Origin: Candidatus Thorarchaeota archaeon
GTDB lineage: Archaea > Asgardarchaeota > Thorarchaeia > Thorarchaeales > Thorarchaeaceae
Length of the DNA stretch: 64,000 nucleotides
Direction: 5' to 3'
Assembly: GCA_019057475.1 (NCBI GenBank)
Contig: DXJO01000038.1
Coordinates: 1-64,000 of the forward strand
The translations under genes and the position numbers were made by a program. Below the pieces are notes generated by a model. That model did no database searches. It had not been told where the DNA came from and worked only from the letters and a program-made list of their open reading frames with translations. Within the stretch, counting starts at the first letter, position 1, and each line of letters starts with the position of its first letter. This document shows positions 39,290-48,598 of this stretch, in pieces.

Positions 39290-40264
39290 ATGACTGATTC
39301 CGACAAACAAACCTTCTTGATCAGGAAGAAATCAGCAGGACTGGAAATCGAAACACGAGTTGATGAGAAGAATCTCGATAATGCATACCTAAAATTGGAG
39401 GAATTATGGGCACATTTCAGTCAATTGGATGAAGAGTTGGAACCCAAACGAAAAATTCGCGATCTAGTGAAAGAATGTCAGAAGTACTGGGTTCGGAAAG
39501 ATGGGAAACGGTACCTAGCGAAGGACGTTGCTTCTGTATCTCATCGAGTCGGACTATCTGTGCTCGATGGGGGCAACAAAGGAAAGAGCCTGAAGGCCAT
39601 TGCCGACGAAACCGGGTTGTCTTCACCCCTTGCGCGGTATCACCTAACTGACGCCAAGGGAGCATCAGGGTGGTGCTTACAAGATGAAAAAAGACATTGG
39701 AAACTAACACCGGAGGGATTGGAGCACGTTACAAACATAGTAATTCCGTATTTACAGGGCCGTCACGGAAATGAACTCCACATGATTCTGAAATGGATGA
39801 ATAACAGAATATACAAGGGTCAGTTTGATAGCTGGATACTCGGCAAGGTCCAAGGAAAGGTGGACAAAACCAACTTCTTGGAATATGCCGTTGGATTGCT
39901 CCTATCAGCTTTAGGTTTCCTAGTATACCAAGTGGGCATGTATAACGATAGATTCGATATCGTTGCCTGTCCGCCAGATGGGTCTATCATGCTGGTATGT
40001 GACTGTACAACAGGTTCAGTCAGAAAGAAGTCATCGGGTCTCAGCATAGTCGTGGAAGAACTCAGGACCGAATTTCCAGAGATGCACGTAGAGGGTGTTG
40101 TTTTCACAACGGAAAGAATTAGTAAGACTGATCGAAAGGATTTGCTTAGCGACAAGATTGGGATTGTTGATGCAACTCAGATCAAGGAACTCCTCAAGCT
40201 AGCAAAATCCGATCGAAATCCCGAGCTGTTGTTTGATGTCATGAGGAAGAAGGAAACGCGATAG
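39290..40264 (+). CDS. wHTH-family paralogue fused to restriction-endonuclease-like (Mrr-cat/PD-(D/E)xK) domain
   Basis: LDNAYLKLEEL, HRVGLSVL..ETGL, WKLTPEGL; then FLEYAVGLLLSALGF...FDIVA...LVCDCTTG...GVVFTT...IGIVD. Confidence 0.72.
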   Translation: MTDSDKQTFLIRKKSAGLEIETRVDEKNLDNAYLKLEELWAHFSQLDEELEPKRKIRDLVKECQKYWVRKDGKRYLAKDVASVSHRVGLSVLDGGNKGKSLKAIADETGLSSPLARYHLTDAKGASGWCLQDEKRHWKLTPEGLEHVTNIVIPYLQGRHGNELHMILKWMNNRIYKGQFDSWILGKVQGKVDKTNFLEYAVGLLLSALGFLVYQVGMYNDRFDIVACPPDGSIMLVCDCTTGSVRKKSSGLSIVVEELRTEFPEMHVEGVVFTTERISKTDRKDLLSDKIGIVDATQIKELLKLAKSDRNPELLFDVMRKKETR

Positions 40265-40319
40265 CTATTCTATGCCCAAACGCTCCATAAACAGCTTTGG
40301 TTACTCACTCTTGCATTGT

Positions 40320-41204
40320 TCACTCACTTGGGCGCAGGACAGAACTCATGTATTCCCTTACTCTCTCCGTTTCGAAGAAGTAGTACAATCCATCATCTGA
40401 TAAACGGAAACCTCTCTTGCATTTTGAGAAGTATTGAGAGTGGTCATGCTGTATCCCCGTTATGATTCGGGAAATGGATGACTTAACCAGACCAGTTTCC
40501 AAGGCGATTTCTTGCAGAGTCCTGCAATCGGGGTACGCTCTAAGGAGTGAAACCATAATCTTGTAAGGGGGCTTTGACTCTTCGGACTTTCTGCCAAGAG
40601 CTTCAAGCGAGCCATCATTTACATAGATAGACCAGTGACCGTCTTCCCTGCGCCAGAGATTAGTAGTCCCCTGTTTTGCACGCTTAATCATTTCATCGAA
40701 CTCTTCAGTTACATAGTCAATGGATTGAACCGGATGTTTCTCTGGAAGGGCATTGAGGACACGCAGAATCTGGTCCTGAACCTTCCGTGGGCTCTTCACA
40801 GATGTGGAATTCCCAAAAATTCTCTTGTATTCGATGACGTAGTAGCTTTTAGTGTCGAAAGGAAGTTCTCTTATCTTTTGAGTGAGTAGAATAAATGGCT
40901 TGCTCAAACCCCATGCAAGACCTAACTCTAGGAAGACATTCGGATTCGAGCCTGACAGGTCAGCAATAATCGCCCTAGATTCTTGTATGTTGGCACATAT
41001 CTTGCACCAAATCTCGGGTTTGCTCAAGTCGGAATCGGCTCTATGAACAGTCCAACCTGGCAAAGATTTCAGAACATCGTGAAATAGGCTCTGGGGCGCC
41101 TCCTTCTCTCGAAAGGGCATAAGCACAAACAGTTTGCGTGGATCATACTTCACGTTGACACCACACCGCTCGTAGTTCTTCGGGCATATGATTGGTATAC
41201 TCAT
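40320..41204 (-). CDS. nucleoside-deoxyribosyltransferase/TIR-like domain fused to island wHTH
   Basis: FVLMPF, RAD, IIADLSGSNPNVFLELGLAWG, LPFD; C-terminal VSLLRAYP..ETGL..YFSKCKRGFRLSDDGL. Confidence 0.78.
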   Translation of the reverse strand: MSIPIICPKNYERCGVNVKYDPRKLFVLMPFREKEAPQSLFHDVLKSLPGWTVHRADSDLSKPEIWCKICANIQESRAIIADLSGSNPNVFLELGLAWGLSKPFILLTQKIRELPFDTKSYYVIEYKRIFGNSTSVKSPRKVQDQILRVLNALPEKHPVQSIDYVTEEFDEMIKRAKQGTTNLWRREDGHWSIYVNDGSLEALGRKSEESKPPYKIMVSLLRAYPDCRTLQEIALETGLVKSSISRIITGIQHDHSQYFSKCKRGFRLSDDGLYYFFETERVREYMSSVLRPSE

Positions 41205-41294
41205 AACTCTACACTTTCTCGGAAGAATCAGCTGCAGCTGCCCTGCTTCCCGTGCCCGATTCCCATGAATCGCATGTTAATTTGCCACTCAAGT

Positions 41295-44200
41295 TCAATG
41301 AGTGACACTTCCTAGAAGATGCTCAATCTTGGAGATGAGTCCATCATAGTTTTCTATCCTCTCCTTTGCTTCCTCATCACTTCCGAAGTACGACTCCACA
41401 ATCTCTTGAATCAGGCTTTCAGCATGGTCAAGTGTTCTAGCAACCCCGCTCTGAGGAGGTGTTGTCGCAAGGATCCAGTTGTACACCTGTTCCCCTGTCT
41501 TGTTGGATCTAGCACTAAGCTGAATTTCTGACTTGAACTTGAGCACAGTACAGACCAACTTCTCTTCGTCCATCTCAAGATAGCTGCCAGCCCGGATTGC
41601 CCTCAGGCCTAGTTCTCTCACGATTCGTCGACTCTCTCTGAACACCATGCCCTCTCTAGTCGTGGGGTCTGGAACGAACTCAAACGCGAACTCGCACCAT
41701 GCATTTCCGAGAAATGCACCTCCTGCCAACATCATTGCAGATATCTCTGAGTCGTCAAGTCCAGTCTTGGTCAGTCCAGATAGGCTGGTATCCTTGTCCC
41801 CATCCGAGAGCTCTACGCGCCAGCATGCACCATGACACTCCATTTCTCCGCTGGCTATGGGACATAGCTCCTCGTCGTGAGTCACAACCAGCGTTTGATG
41901 AGCGACCTCTCGGCTCGTGAGGTCCTCTGCGGTTGATGGCAGGGTCGTGCGAAAGCGGACGTACGGAGTCCTCTGCTCTACGTAGGGCCTCAGAATCTCC
42001 AGTGCATCATAATCAATGTCATCATAGGGGTTCCATGTCAGATAGGTTTCTGTGTCTTTCAGACTCTGCAGTGGAAGACCATCGACTATTGGACGTCGAA
42101 GCAGCGCGAGGAGCTCAGACGTGTGCTGGATGGACCAGCTCTCGATCAATTCGTTTCCATCAGCTCTATTGAACTCAATCGTGTAGTGGTCGTCATCCAC
42201 GTCCAGTGTGCATTTCGTCGAAACACAAAGGCTGAGTGACTCCGATATATCCTCAAGTACTCCTTGCACTCTCTTCCCTAGTGCCCGCGGAAATCGAAAC
42301 CATTCCGGCAGTAGTGGGAAGTCCTGTTCAGGCATTGTTGTGATCTGAAGTCCGCGGATGCCAGCAAGCGTTTCTCCTCTCCTCCTTATCGTGGTGAGCT
42401 TGCCCAGAGGCGTCCAATTCTCTTCATCGCGAAACCAGAAGTAATCTCCCCCGGCGGACCTATGCACGATTACGTCGTACGTGGCAGTTGCACCTACATG
42501 CTTAGACAAGCACAACGCAATCTCATCCTGACGGATTGCAGTCCAGCTTACTGTTTGCTTGGGCACAAATGGTTCGCATCCAATCCATACCCCAATCAGC
42601 ATTTTCCGACGGTCGTAGGGGTTCTCTATCGCCAAGCAATACTCCGGAGTTTCGTGCTCTTCTGACAGCACCAGAATCTGACCGTAGCTCACAGTACTCA
42701 GTTCAGGAACGTTCAGTGAGGTCATGGCTTTAGCCCGTTTCGCAAGTCCTGACCACACAGCTCTCAGATCGAGTCTAGGTGTGACCTCTTCTGACTCAGA
42801 GTTCATAAGGACGAATCCCATCTGCATGATTTGCCAAGACTTGAGAATCCTCCATAGCTCCGATAAATGCCTGTCAGCCAAAGTTGGGAACTCCCTAGTG
42901 AGCCCCAAGAGCAACAGGAAGAGGTAGTTGCCAAGAGAAACGGACAGGTACGGTCGCACACTGAGAAGATCCAGCAGCATCTCCCTGTCCTGTGCTCTCA
43001 GTCCCTCTACCAACCGGCTATCTCGAACCCACTGGAGCGTCGCCCATACTGGCTCAGAAACCGGACTCGTCTGCAAAAATCTCACGATGTCATCAAGCGC
43101 CTCGATGTGACCCTGTTTTCCATCGCCAATCGAAATCAATTCATCGAGCTCATCGAGGAACTGCGACCAGCTCGACCCGTCCTTCTCATGTCCCACTTGC
43201 CGAAGGATCCTGACGGCCTGACGAAGCCGCCTGAGTTCAAGCCGCGTGGCTCTCTCGATATCATGGCCAAAGCGCAGAGTGGCCTCTATGGGAGGTCTGT
43301 AGATACTCGCGCCCGTGCACTCTCGATTACTGTCCTTCCTGTAGGCACGTTGATGTGTGATGCTGTTCCTTGGCAGCAACGCAACACTCTCAACGAATGC
43401 TCTCCCGTGTCCCACTGTCTGCATTCTTGTCCTGTATTTCAGAAAAGGAGCTCCAGAAGGCCTGCTCTTCGAGCCATATTCAGACAGTGGCACGACATGA
43501 ATTTGCCGTCCCCCAGTATCATCCGCTTTCTGTACAATGCTCTCTGACAGATACTGCTTCAACTGAGGCACGAGCTCGATGGAGTCCCGAAAGAAATCAT
43601 CTTGCATCTCTGAATTGTGCATGACATCAGCAGACCGAATCACCGTTCGTCCTCTTTCTCCTTCTTGAGCGGATGAAACTGATGCTCGCCTTGGCTCATT
43701 CCAGAACCTTGGAGACCAGTTGTGAAGCGGTAGTACCTCTACCATGTTGAAAGAGATACCATCAATGTCCTGTCTTATGATGACTCTGAGGTCATCGAAC
43801 GCAGATGTCAACTGGCCTGATGCATACGGTCGCACGGGGAGATTCCATACGATCTCTGTGACGAAGCGGTTGAGTTCGGAACCTTGGAAGAACGGCTCCA
43901 TTGTCCTTCTCTGATAGGATGCTGAAGTACCTTCTGAGTTTCTAGGCCTGTCAAACCAGACTACCGTACAACCTGCCTCATTCAACTCAGCCGCGATTAT
44001 GCGTCGCAGCTCATAGAGTGCCGGCCGTAGTCGTTTTGGTGTGCAGTCATCCAGTACATCCCAGCCACTGACCACAACAACCCTACCATCTAGAGCATCC
44101 CATTCCTCTCCCACGAGCTTTGCTATCGACAGGTCCCCGATTCCTCTGAAGAGGAAGTCCTGTATAGCTGACGAGGCATCGCTGAACATGACTGCGCGGA

Positions 44201-46235
44201 AGAACTCGCGCATGTGGTCACTGCCTTGATCTGACCTGAGTCTAGTCCTAGCCAAAGACTCGGCTCCAAAGTCACCTGCCAAGTCCAACCACAGCATTTC
44301 AGAGTGATCATTCTCCTGTTGGAGGCCGTGGATGAGCTCAAGTCCGTGCCAGTACTTGGCTATCCAAGCAGCAGAGGGCCCTGATCTAGACGCGGAGTTC
44401 ACACTCAGATAGAGAATGAAGCGGCCTCTCGCCTTACCATTCTCCTCTAGTGGGCTGCGTTGCTCAACACCCCACAAAGGCCAGCCCTTTTTCCCAATCT
44501 GTTTCAACTGGTCAGCAGCTATGCCATGCACGATGATAGCAAGTTTCAGCCAATCCCGGGTTCCGTCATTCAAGACAACTCCCACTGGTCTGCTGAGATG
44601 CTCTTTGAGAAGGACTGAGGCGTTCTCACACAGAGCTCGCGTGAGTCGCCATAGTCTGGGACGTACCACAGAGGAGTCCTGCGAAGTGTCAAGGACCACA
44701 GTACCGGTCAGAGGCCGCACCACTGAACGGTCCTCTGTGATTCTCACATACTCCGTAGCAAGACCTTCGGCATAGGCCTCGAGCTGTTTCATGCCGTACC
44801 CCGTTGGCGTTCCGGCAACAGACGCATTCCACTCGGCGTTCGTGAGCCCGCGCTTTCTGAGAACAAACTTGGGAATAACCTTCTGTCCGTGTTTCTTGGA
44901 ATCCTTCTTCTCAGCTTTAATCTCCCAATTGAAAGCAGTCTTGCTCTTGATGTCAAAGACAGCCACGGGTATCCATACGGTCAGTTTGCCCGGCACTCTC
45001 GGGTTCTGAATCACATGACGTCTGAACATCACGAGATCCGCCCGCCCCTTCCCTAGGGAGGTTTCCACAGGGATTTCTGCTGCAAGGAGCCACTGGTCAC
45101 CCTCCTCCACCCAACGGTCACCGTTGAAGACCACCGACTCCAAGTCGTATGGCTGGACGAGTCCGTTAGTCATCAACCTGTGCCATCTGATGCCGTGCCA
45201 TCTCGCCCTCCGCATAACTTCCTTTTGTAGCCACTCACCGTCCTCATCCCGAAGGATGCCACGTTCGCATAGGTCCTTGAGGAAGTCCGCCCAGGCCTGA
45301 CGAATCTCACTCTCGGAGGCTTCCTCTTCCGGATACCTCAACTGCGTGACCTGGTCCAGGAAGAATGAAAGGTCCCACCTAGCCCTCGACTCCTCAATGG
45401 ACTGTGTCAGTGATGGCGCCCGCCCATAGTGTGTCCCGTAAAACGCCTCGATCTCCTGGACTATCTCTCGGAGAATCCAGTTCGCGTCAAGCTGTTCACT
45501 ATCCCTCCGCCCACTTCTTCTCGAACGCTTGAACCCCCGCTTCCCGCTCTCCTTCGAGGTGTAGAGATACTCGAGGAACGGTGACAGCCGCCATATCAGC
45601 AGGCCAACATACCTGCGCGCGTTGTTCATCGGCACGTCGTTGATGAAGCACTTACGACACAGTTCGAAGATGTGGGCTCTCAGCATGTCCCCGAAGTCCA
45701 GCTCCGCAAGGACAGTGTGAGCCACCTCAACCCATGGATAGTCGCTCCCGCCTTCGTACCCTGCAATCCACCTCTTGCCGCGTCGACCTGCTGTCTTTGG
45801 CTCTGGAAACGGAAACCTTGTCACGACCCAGTTCCTCAGTTGTGCGCCAGCCATGTTCAGTAGTCTGTTGAGCGGCCCAATCCTCCCCTTCCTCTCGTTC
45901 TGTATCCGCTTGTACTCCCTGTTGCCGTAGCGCGCGGTGGTTTCCCAGATCATCTTGTTGAAGTTGCGACGCATGTGTTTCTCGACGTTTGTAATGTGAG
46001 AAAAGTCGGGTTTGCCACCGCGTCTGCTCGCGCGCCACTTGCTCAGTGCTTCGGTCCACTGCCTTTGAGTGCTGGCATAGACATCCTCGATGCTCTTGAT
46101 CGTGCGCTCGCGGAAGAGGTCACGCAGTGCCGAAAGACCGTTGAGGTACGCGCGAGCTATGGCCTGCGCTGGGTCGTGGGGGTATGGCCTCTGTTCACTC
46201 TCCTTGAGGTTATCCATCGCGGGCACGCGTATCAC
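41295..46235 (-). CDS. 1646-aa multidomain protein with PD-(D/E)xK nuclease-like domain
   Basis: Uninterrupted 4.9-kb ORF; EIPV...GRADLV...FDIKSK...QLEAYA. Confidence 0.75.
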   Translation of the reverse strand: MIRVPAMDNLKESEQRPYPHDPAQAIARAYLNGLSALRDLFRERTIKSIEDVYASTQRQWTEALSKWRASRRGGKPDFSHITNVEKHMRRNFNKMIWETTARYGNREYKRIQNERKGRIGPLNRLLNMAGAQLRNWVVTRFPFPEPKTAGRRGKRWIAGYEGGSDYPWVEVAHTVLAELDFGDMLRAHIFELCRKCFINDVPMNNARRYVGLLIWRLSPFLEYLYTSKESGKRGFKRSRRSGRRDSEQLDANWILREIVQEIEAFYGTHYGRAPSLTQSIEESRARWDLSFFLDQVTQLRYPEEEASESEIRQAWADFLKDLCERGILRDEDGEWLQKEVMRRARWHGIRWHRLMTNGLVQPYDLESVVFNGDRWVEEGDQWLLAAEIPVETSLGKGRADLVMFRRHVIQNPRVPGKLTVWIPVAVFDIKSKTAFNWEIKAEKKDSKKHGQKVIPKFVLRKRGLTNAEWNASVAGTPTGYGMKQLEAYAEGLATEYVRITEDRSVVRPLTGTVVLDTSQDSSVVRPRLWRLTRALCENASVLLKEHLSRPVGVVLNDGTRDWLKLAIIVHGIAADQLKQIGKKGWPLWGVEQRSPLEENGKARGRFILYLSVNSASRSGPSAAWIAKYWHGLELIHGLQQENDHSEMLWLDLAGDFGAESLARTRLRSDQGSDHMREFFRAVMFSDASSAIQDFLFRGIGDLSIAKLVGEEWDALDGRVVVVSGWDVLDDCTPKRLRPALYELRRIIAAELNEAGCTVVWFDRPRNSEGTSASYQRRTMEPFFQGSELNRFVTEIVWNLPVRPYASGQLTSAFDDLRVIIRQDIDGISFNMVEVLPLHNWSPRFWNEPRRASVSSAQEGERGRTVIRSADVMHNSEMQDDFFRDSIELVPQLKQYLSESIVQKADDTGGRQIHVVPLSEYGSKSRPSGAPFLKYRTRMQTVGHGRAFVESVALLPRNSITHQRAYRKDSNRECTGASIYRPPIEATLRFGHDIERATRLELRRLRQAVRILRQVGHEKDGSSWSQFLDELDELISIGDGKQGHIEALDDIVRFLQTSPVSEPVWATLQWVRDSRLVEGLRAQDREMLLDLLSVRPYLSVSLGNYLFLLLLGLTREFPTLADRHLSELWRILKSWQIMQMGFVLMNSESEEVTPRLDLRAVWSGLAKRAKAMTSLNVPELSTVSYGQILVLSEEHETPEYCLAIENPYDRRKMLIGVWIGCEPFVPKQTVSWTAIRQDEIALCLSKHVGATATYDVIVHRSAGGDYFWFRDEENWTPLGKLTTIRRRGETLAGIRGLQITTMPEQDFPLLPEWFRFPRALGKRVQGVLEDISESLSLCVSTKCTLDVDDDHYTIEFNRADGNELIESWSIQHTSELLALLRRPIVDGLPLQSLKDTETYLTWNPYDDIDYDALEILRPYVEQRTPYVRFRTTLPSTAEDLTSREVAHQTLVVTHDEELCPIASGEMECHGACWRVELSDGDKDTSLSGLTKTGLDDSEISAMMLAGGAFLGNAWCEFAFEFVPDPTTREGMVFRESRRIVRELGLRAIRAGSYLEMDEEKLVCTVLKFKSEIQLSARSNKTGEQVYNWILATTPPQSGVARTLDHAESLIQEIVESYFGSDEEAKERIENYDGLISKIEHLLGSVTH

Positions 46236-46483
46236 TCGGGCATTTTGTAGGGTTATAGCCTAATAAAAGCGCGGTCTTTTCTCATTCTTTCCTCTTACTC
46301 TGGCTTGAAATCTTCGAAGTTAGAACCCGAACAGGTTCCTTTATTCAAATAATCTTCATAGATTTATATGATGTCAGTAGTAAGAAAGTGTGGAGGTTAT
46401 CACCCGACTTCCGTAGAAAGATGTTGAGTGAAAACCCTCTGACCAGAAACAGGTCGGAGATTTATATGGTACGGTGAACTTGA

Positions 46484-48280
46484 GTGGGTCTCTCCAAGGG
46501 AATAGTAACAAGTGTCAAGGTCCCGATTCGTTGGGACTCTATGACCAAACGGCAGCAAACTCGCCTTTCCCGAATCACAAGCCGGGATACTAGGGTGATT
46601 CGTGCCTTCCTTGGAGTGATTGCACGTCACGAGAAAGAACTTCTTGTCGGTAAGAAAAAGAAGAAGATCAGCGGTGCAAAGCTTGAGAAGCTGACCCTGA
46701 CTGCTACAAGATTCAAAGACGCATCTAAGAACCGAACCACAGTTCCCCACGACTTCAAGAAACGATTCCCGAACATATCGCTGAATGAGCTTCAGGAGTG
46801 CAGACAGGTGGCCGCTGCAATGTGGCAGAGCTATCTCGAACTTGGGGGCAAGCCTCCTCTCCATACTCATGGTTACAGGCCGCGCAAGCTGCCTCGGTAC
46901 ATCTATACTCGAAGGTTCAAGATAGTCTATACTCCTGAGAAAGAGATCAAGCACTGGCTCAGGCTGATGGACTCCCTCGACTCTGAAAAGACAGAGGGAC
47001 GATATCATGACTATCTGATGGTTCCTCTCAATCCCTCTTCCTATCATCTGAATAGGATCAACGAGGGCAAGGTGACGTCACTTCGGCTTCTGAAAGATAC
47101 CCGGAAGAAGTGGTGGGTGGTGTTCGCTGTACGCGTGGATGTCCCCGCGGTTGACAACAGCTCGAAGCCACCAGCAGTGACAGGCATAGACCTAGGGATC
47201 AACAAGGCAGTCTGTTCGGTAGTCTTGACTCAGACTCGTGTCAGGTTCGTGGGATACTTCACGCAGCCTGAGAAGGTCAAGCGAATCAAGCGGTACGATG
47301 AGATGGTCGACTCTCTTCAGAGAGAGATGAACACCAGACTCAACAACGGGCAGTCAGCAGATGGAGTCATCCAAAGACTTCGCGAGCTGAGCGGGCGACG
47401 TAACCGAATCAGTATCGACCACGACCGGGTGCTTGTCAGGCGGCTCACTGACCACATCTTGAAGTTGTCAAAGAAGTACGACCTGTACGTGGCGATTGGC
47501 AAACTGACCGGGATTCGGAAGAGTGCCAACAGGGACAGCAAGAAACCGAAGGCATTCCGGGCGATGGTCGGACGGTGGTCTTTTGCAAGAGTCACCAATG
47601 CGTTGAGGCAGAAGCTGTCCGAGAGCGGCTGGAAAGTCAGTGGTCGTGATTCCCGATTCATTCCGGTCCGCGAGTACTGGACTAGCCGAGTCTGTTCCAA
47701 GTGTGGGCACATTGGAATACGCCCGAAGCAGTCTGTCTTCATCTGCCATACCTGCGGTCACAAGACCAATGCCGACAAGAACGGCGCCATCAATATCGCA
47801 AGGCGCCTCATTATGCTCATTCCTTCACTGAAGGATGAGAAAAGACTAGGGAGTTGGCTTCATCCTCACGAAAGAGAGGGGTGGCTTACCCCGAAAGCCC
47901 GGAGGAACGCTCGCCGTTCTAAAGGGAAGTCCTCACGGCCCCAGAGCTTGTCAGGCTCGAAAGGGTCGTCCGTGGCTGAGTACAATGAGCAAGCGACTCT
48001 CGAGTCGTTTGTGAGTGCTACCGATCCCGCCATGGTAAAAACCGCGAAAAAACCGTCTGCCGCCATCGACGCTCTAAAGGCCTCTGACAGTCATGGCAAA
48101 GCAGTGCAGCGGACTGAAGCTCAGTCTGGAAAGAGGAACGATGTTCCCTTGAAGTCTAGCGAAGCCCGTGTCATAGCGTCGGCGTGGAACCCGATGTATG
48201 CTGGCGACAGTCGTCACGGGAAGGGTGGAACGCGTGGGTTGAAGGTTACCGAGGGTGTTCACTCACTTTCTGAAACTTGA
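46484..48280 (+). CDS. tnpB: large TnpB/Cas12f-like RNA-guided nuclease with rearranged RuvC-II
   Basis: GIDLGI (RuvC-I), VAIGKL in place of ExL, VREYWTS, CSKCG..CHTCG, ADKNGAINIA (RuvC-III); ~150-aa low-complexity tail. Confidence 0.88.
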   Translation: MGLSKGIVTSVKVPIRWDSMTKRQQTRLSRITSRDTRVIRAFLGVIARHEKELLVGKKKKKISGAKLEKLTLTATRFKDASKNRTTVPHDFKKRFPNISLNELQECRQVAAAMWQSYLELGGKPPLHTHGYRPRKLPRYIYTRRFKIVYTPEKEIKHWLRLMDSLDSEKTEGRYHDYLMVPLNPSSYHLNRINEGKVTSLRLLKDTRKKWWVVFAVRVDVPAVDNSSKPPAVTGIDLGINKAVCSVVLTQTRVRFVGYFTQPEKVKRIKRYDEMVDSLQREMNTRLNNGQSADGVIQRLRELSGRRNRISIDHDRVLVRRLTDHILKLSKKYDLYVAIGKLTGIRKSANRDSKKPKAFRAMVGRWSFARVTNALRQKLSESGWKVSGRDSRFIPVREYWTSRVCSKCGHIGIRPKQSVFICHTCGHKTNADKNGAINIARRLIMLIPSLKDEKRLGSWLHPHEREGWLTPKARRNARRSKGKSSRPQSLSGSKGSSVAEYNEQATLESFVSATDPAMVKTAKKPSAAIDALKASDSHGKAVQRTEAQSGKRNDVPLKSSEARVIASAWNPMYAGDSRHGKGGTRGLKVTEGVHSLSET

Positions 48281-48598
48281 AACAGGCCGGTGCATGCAGC
48301 CGATCGTATCTCCCGTGAGGAATCAAAGTGAAGCAGTTAGTGATTCTCACAAGTACTCGCTATGTAGGTAGCCCAAAGTCATCGCCTTTCCTCCTCTCGG
48401 AGTGCTCTGCTTCGGTACCACTCCTAGCGGCTGAAATGAAGGTTTCTCCCTTAATGTGTCCACGGTAACAGTTCACTTTCCGAGTGGTCCAATCATTAGA
48501 ATCAGTTTACCTTTAACAGCTACCGAATTCACATCTGAAGAATTATATGTCATGCTGAATCGACTCCACCAGCGCTCTGCGCCAGCAAGTGATTTAGA

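Larger units (their letters stand above)
34565..48155. mobile_element. accessory island bounded by ~280-bp direct repeats
   Basis: Direct repeats at both ends; content is non-housekeeping HTH, nuclease and toxin-like genes plus tnpB; no integrase seen. Confidence 0.55.
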
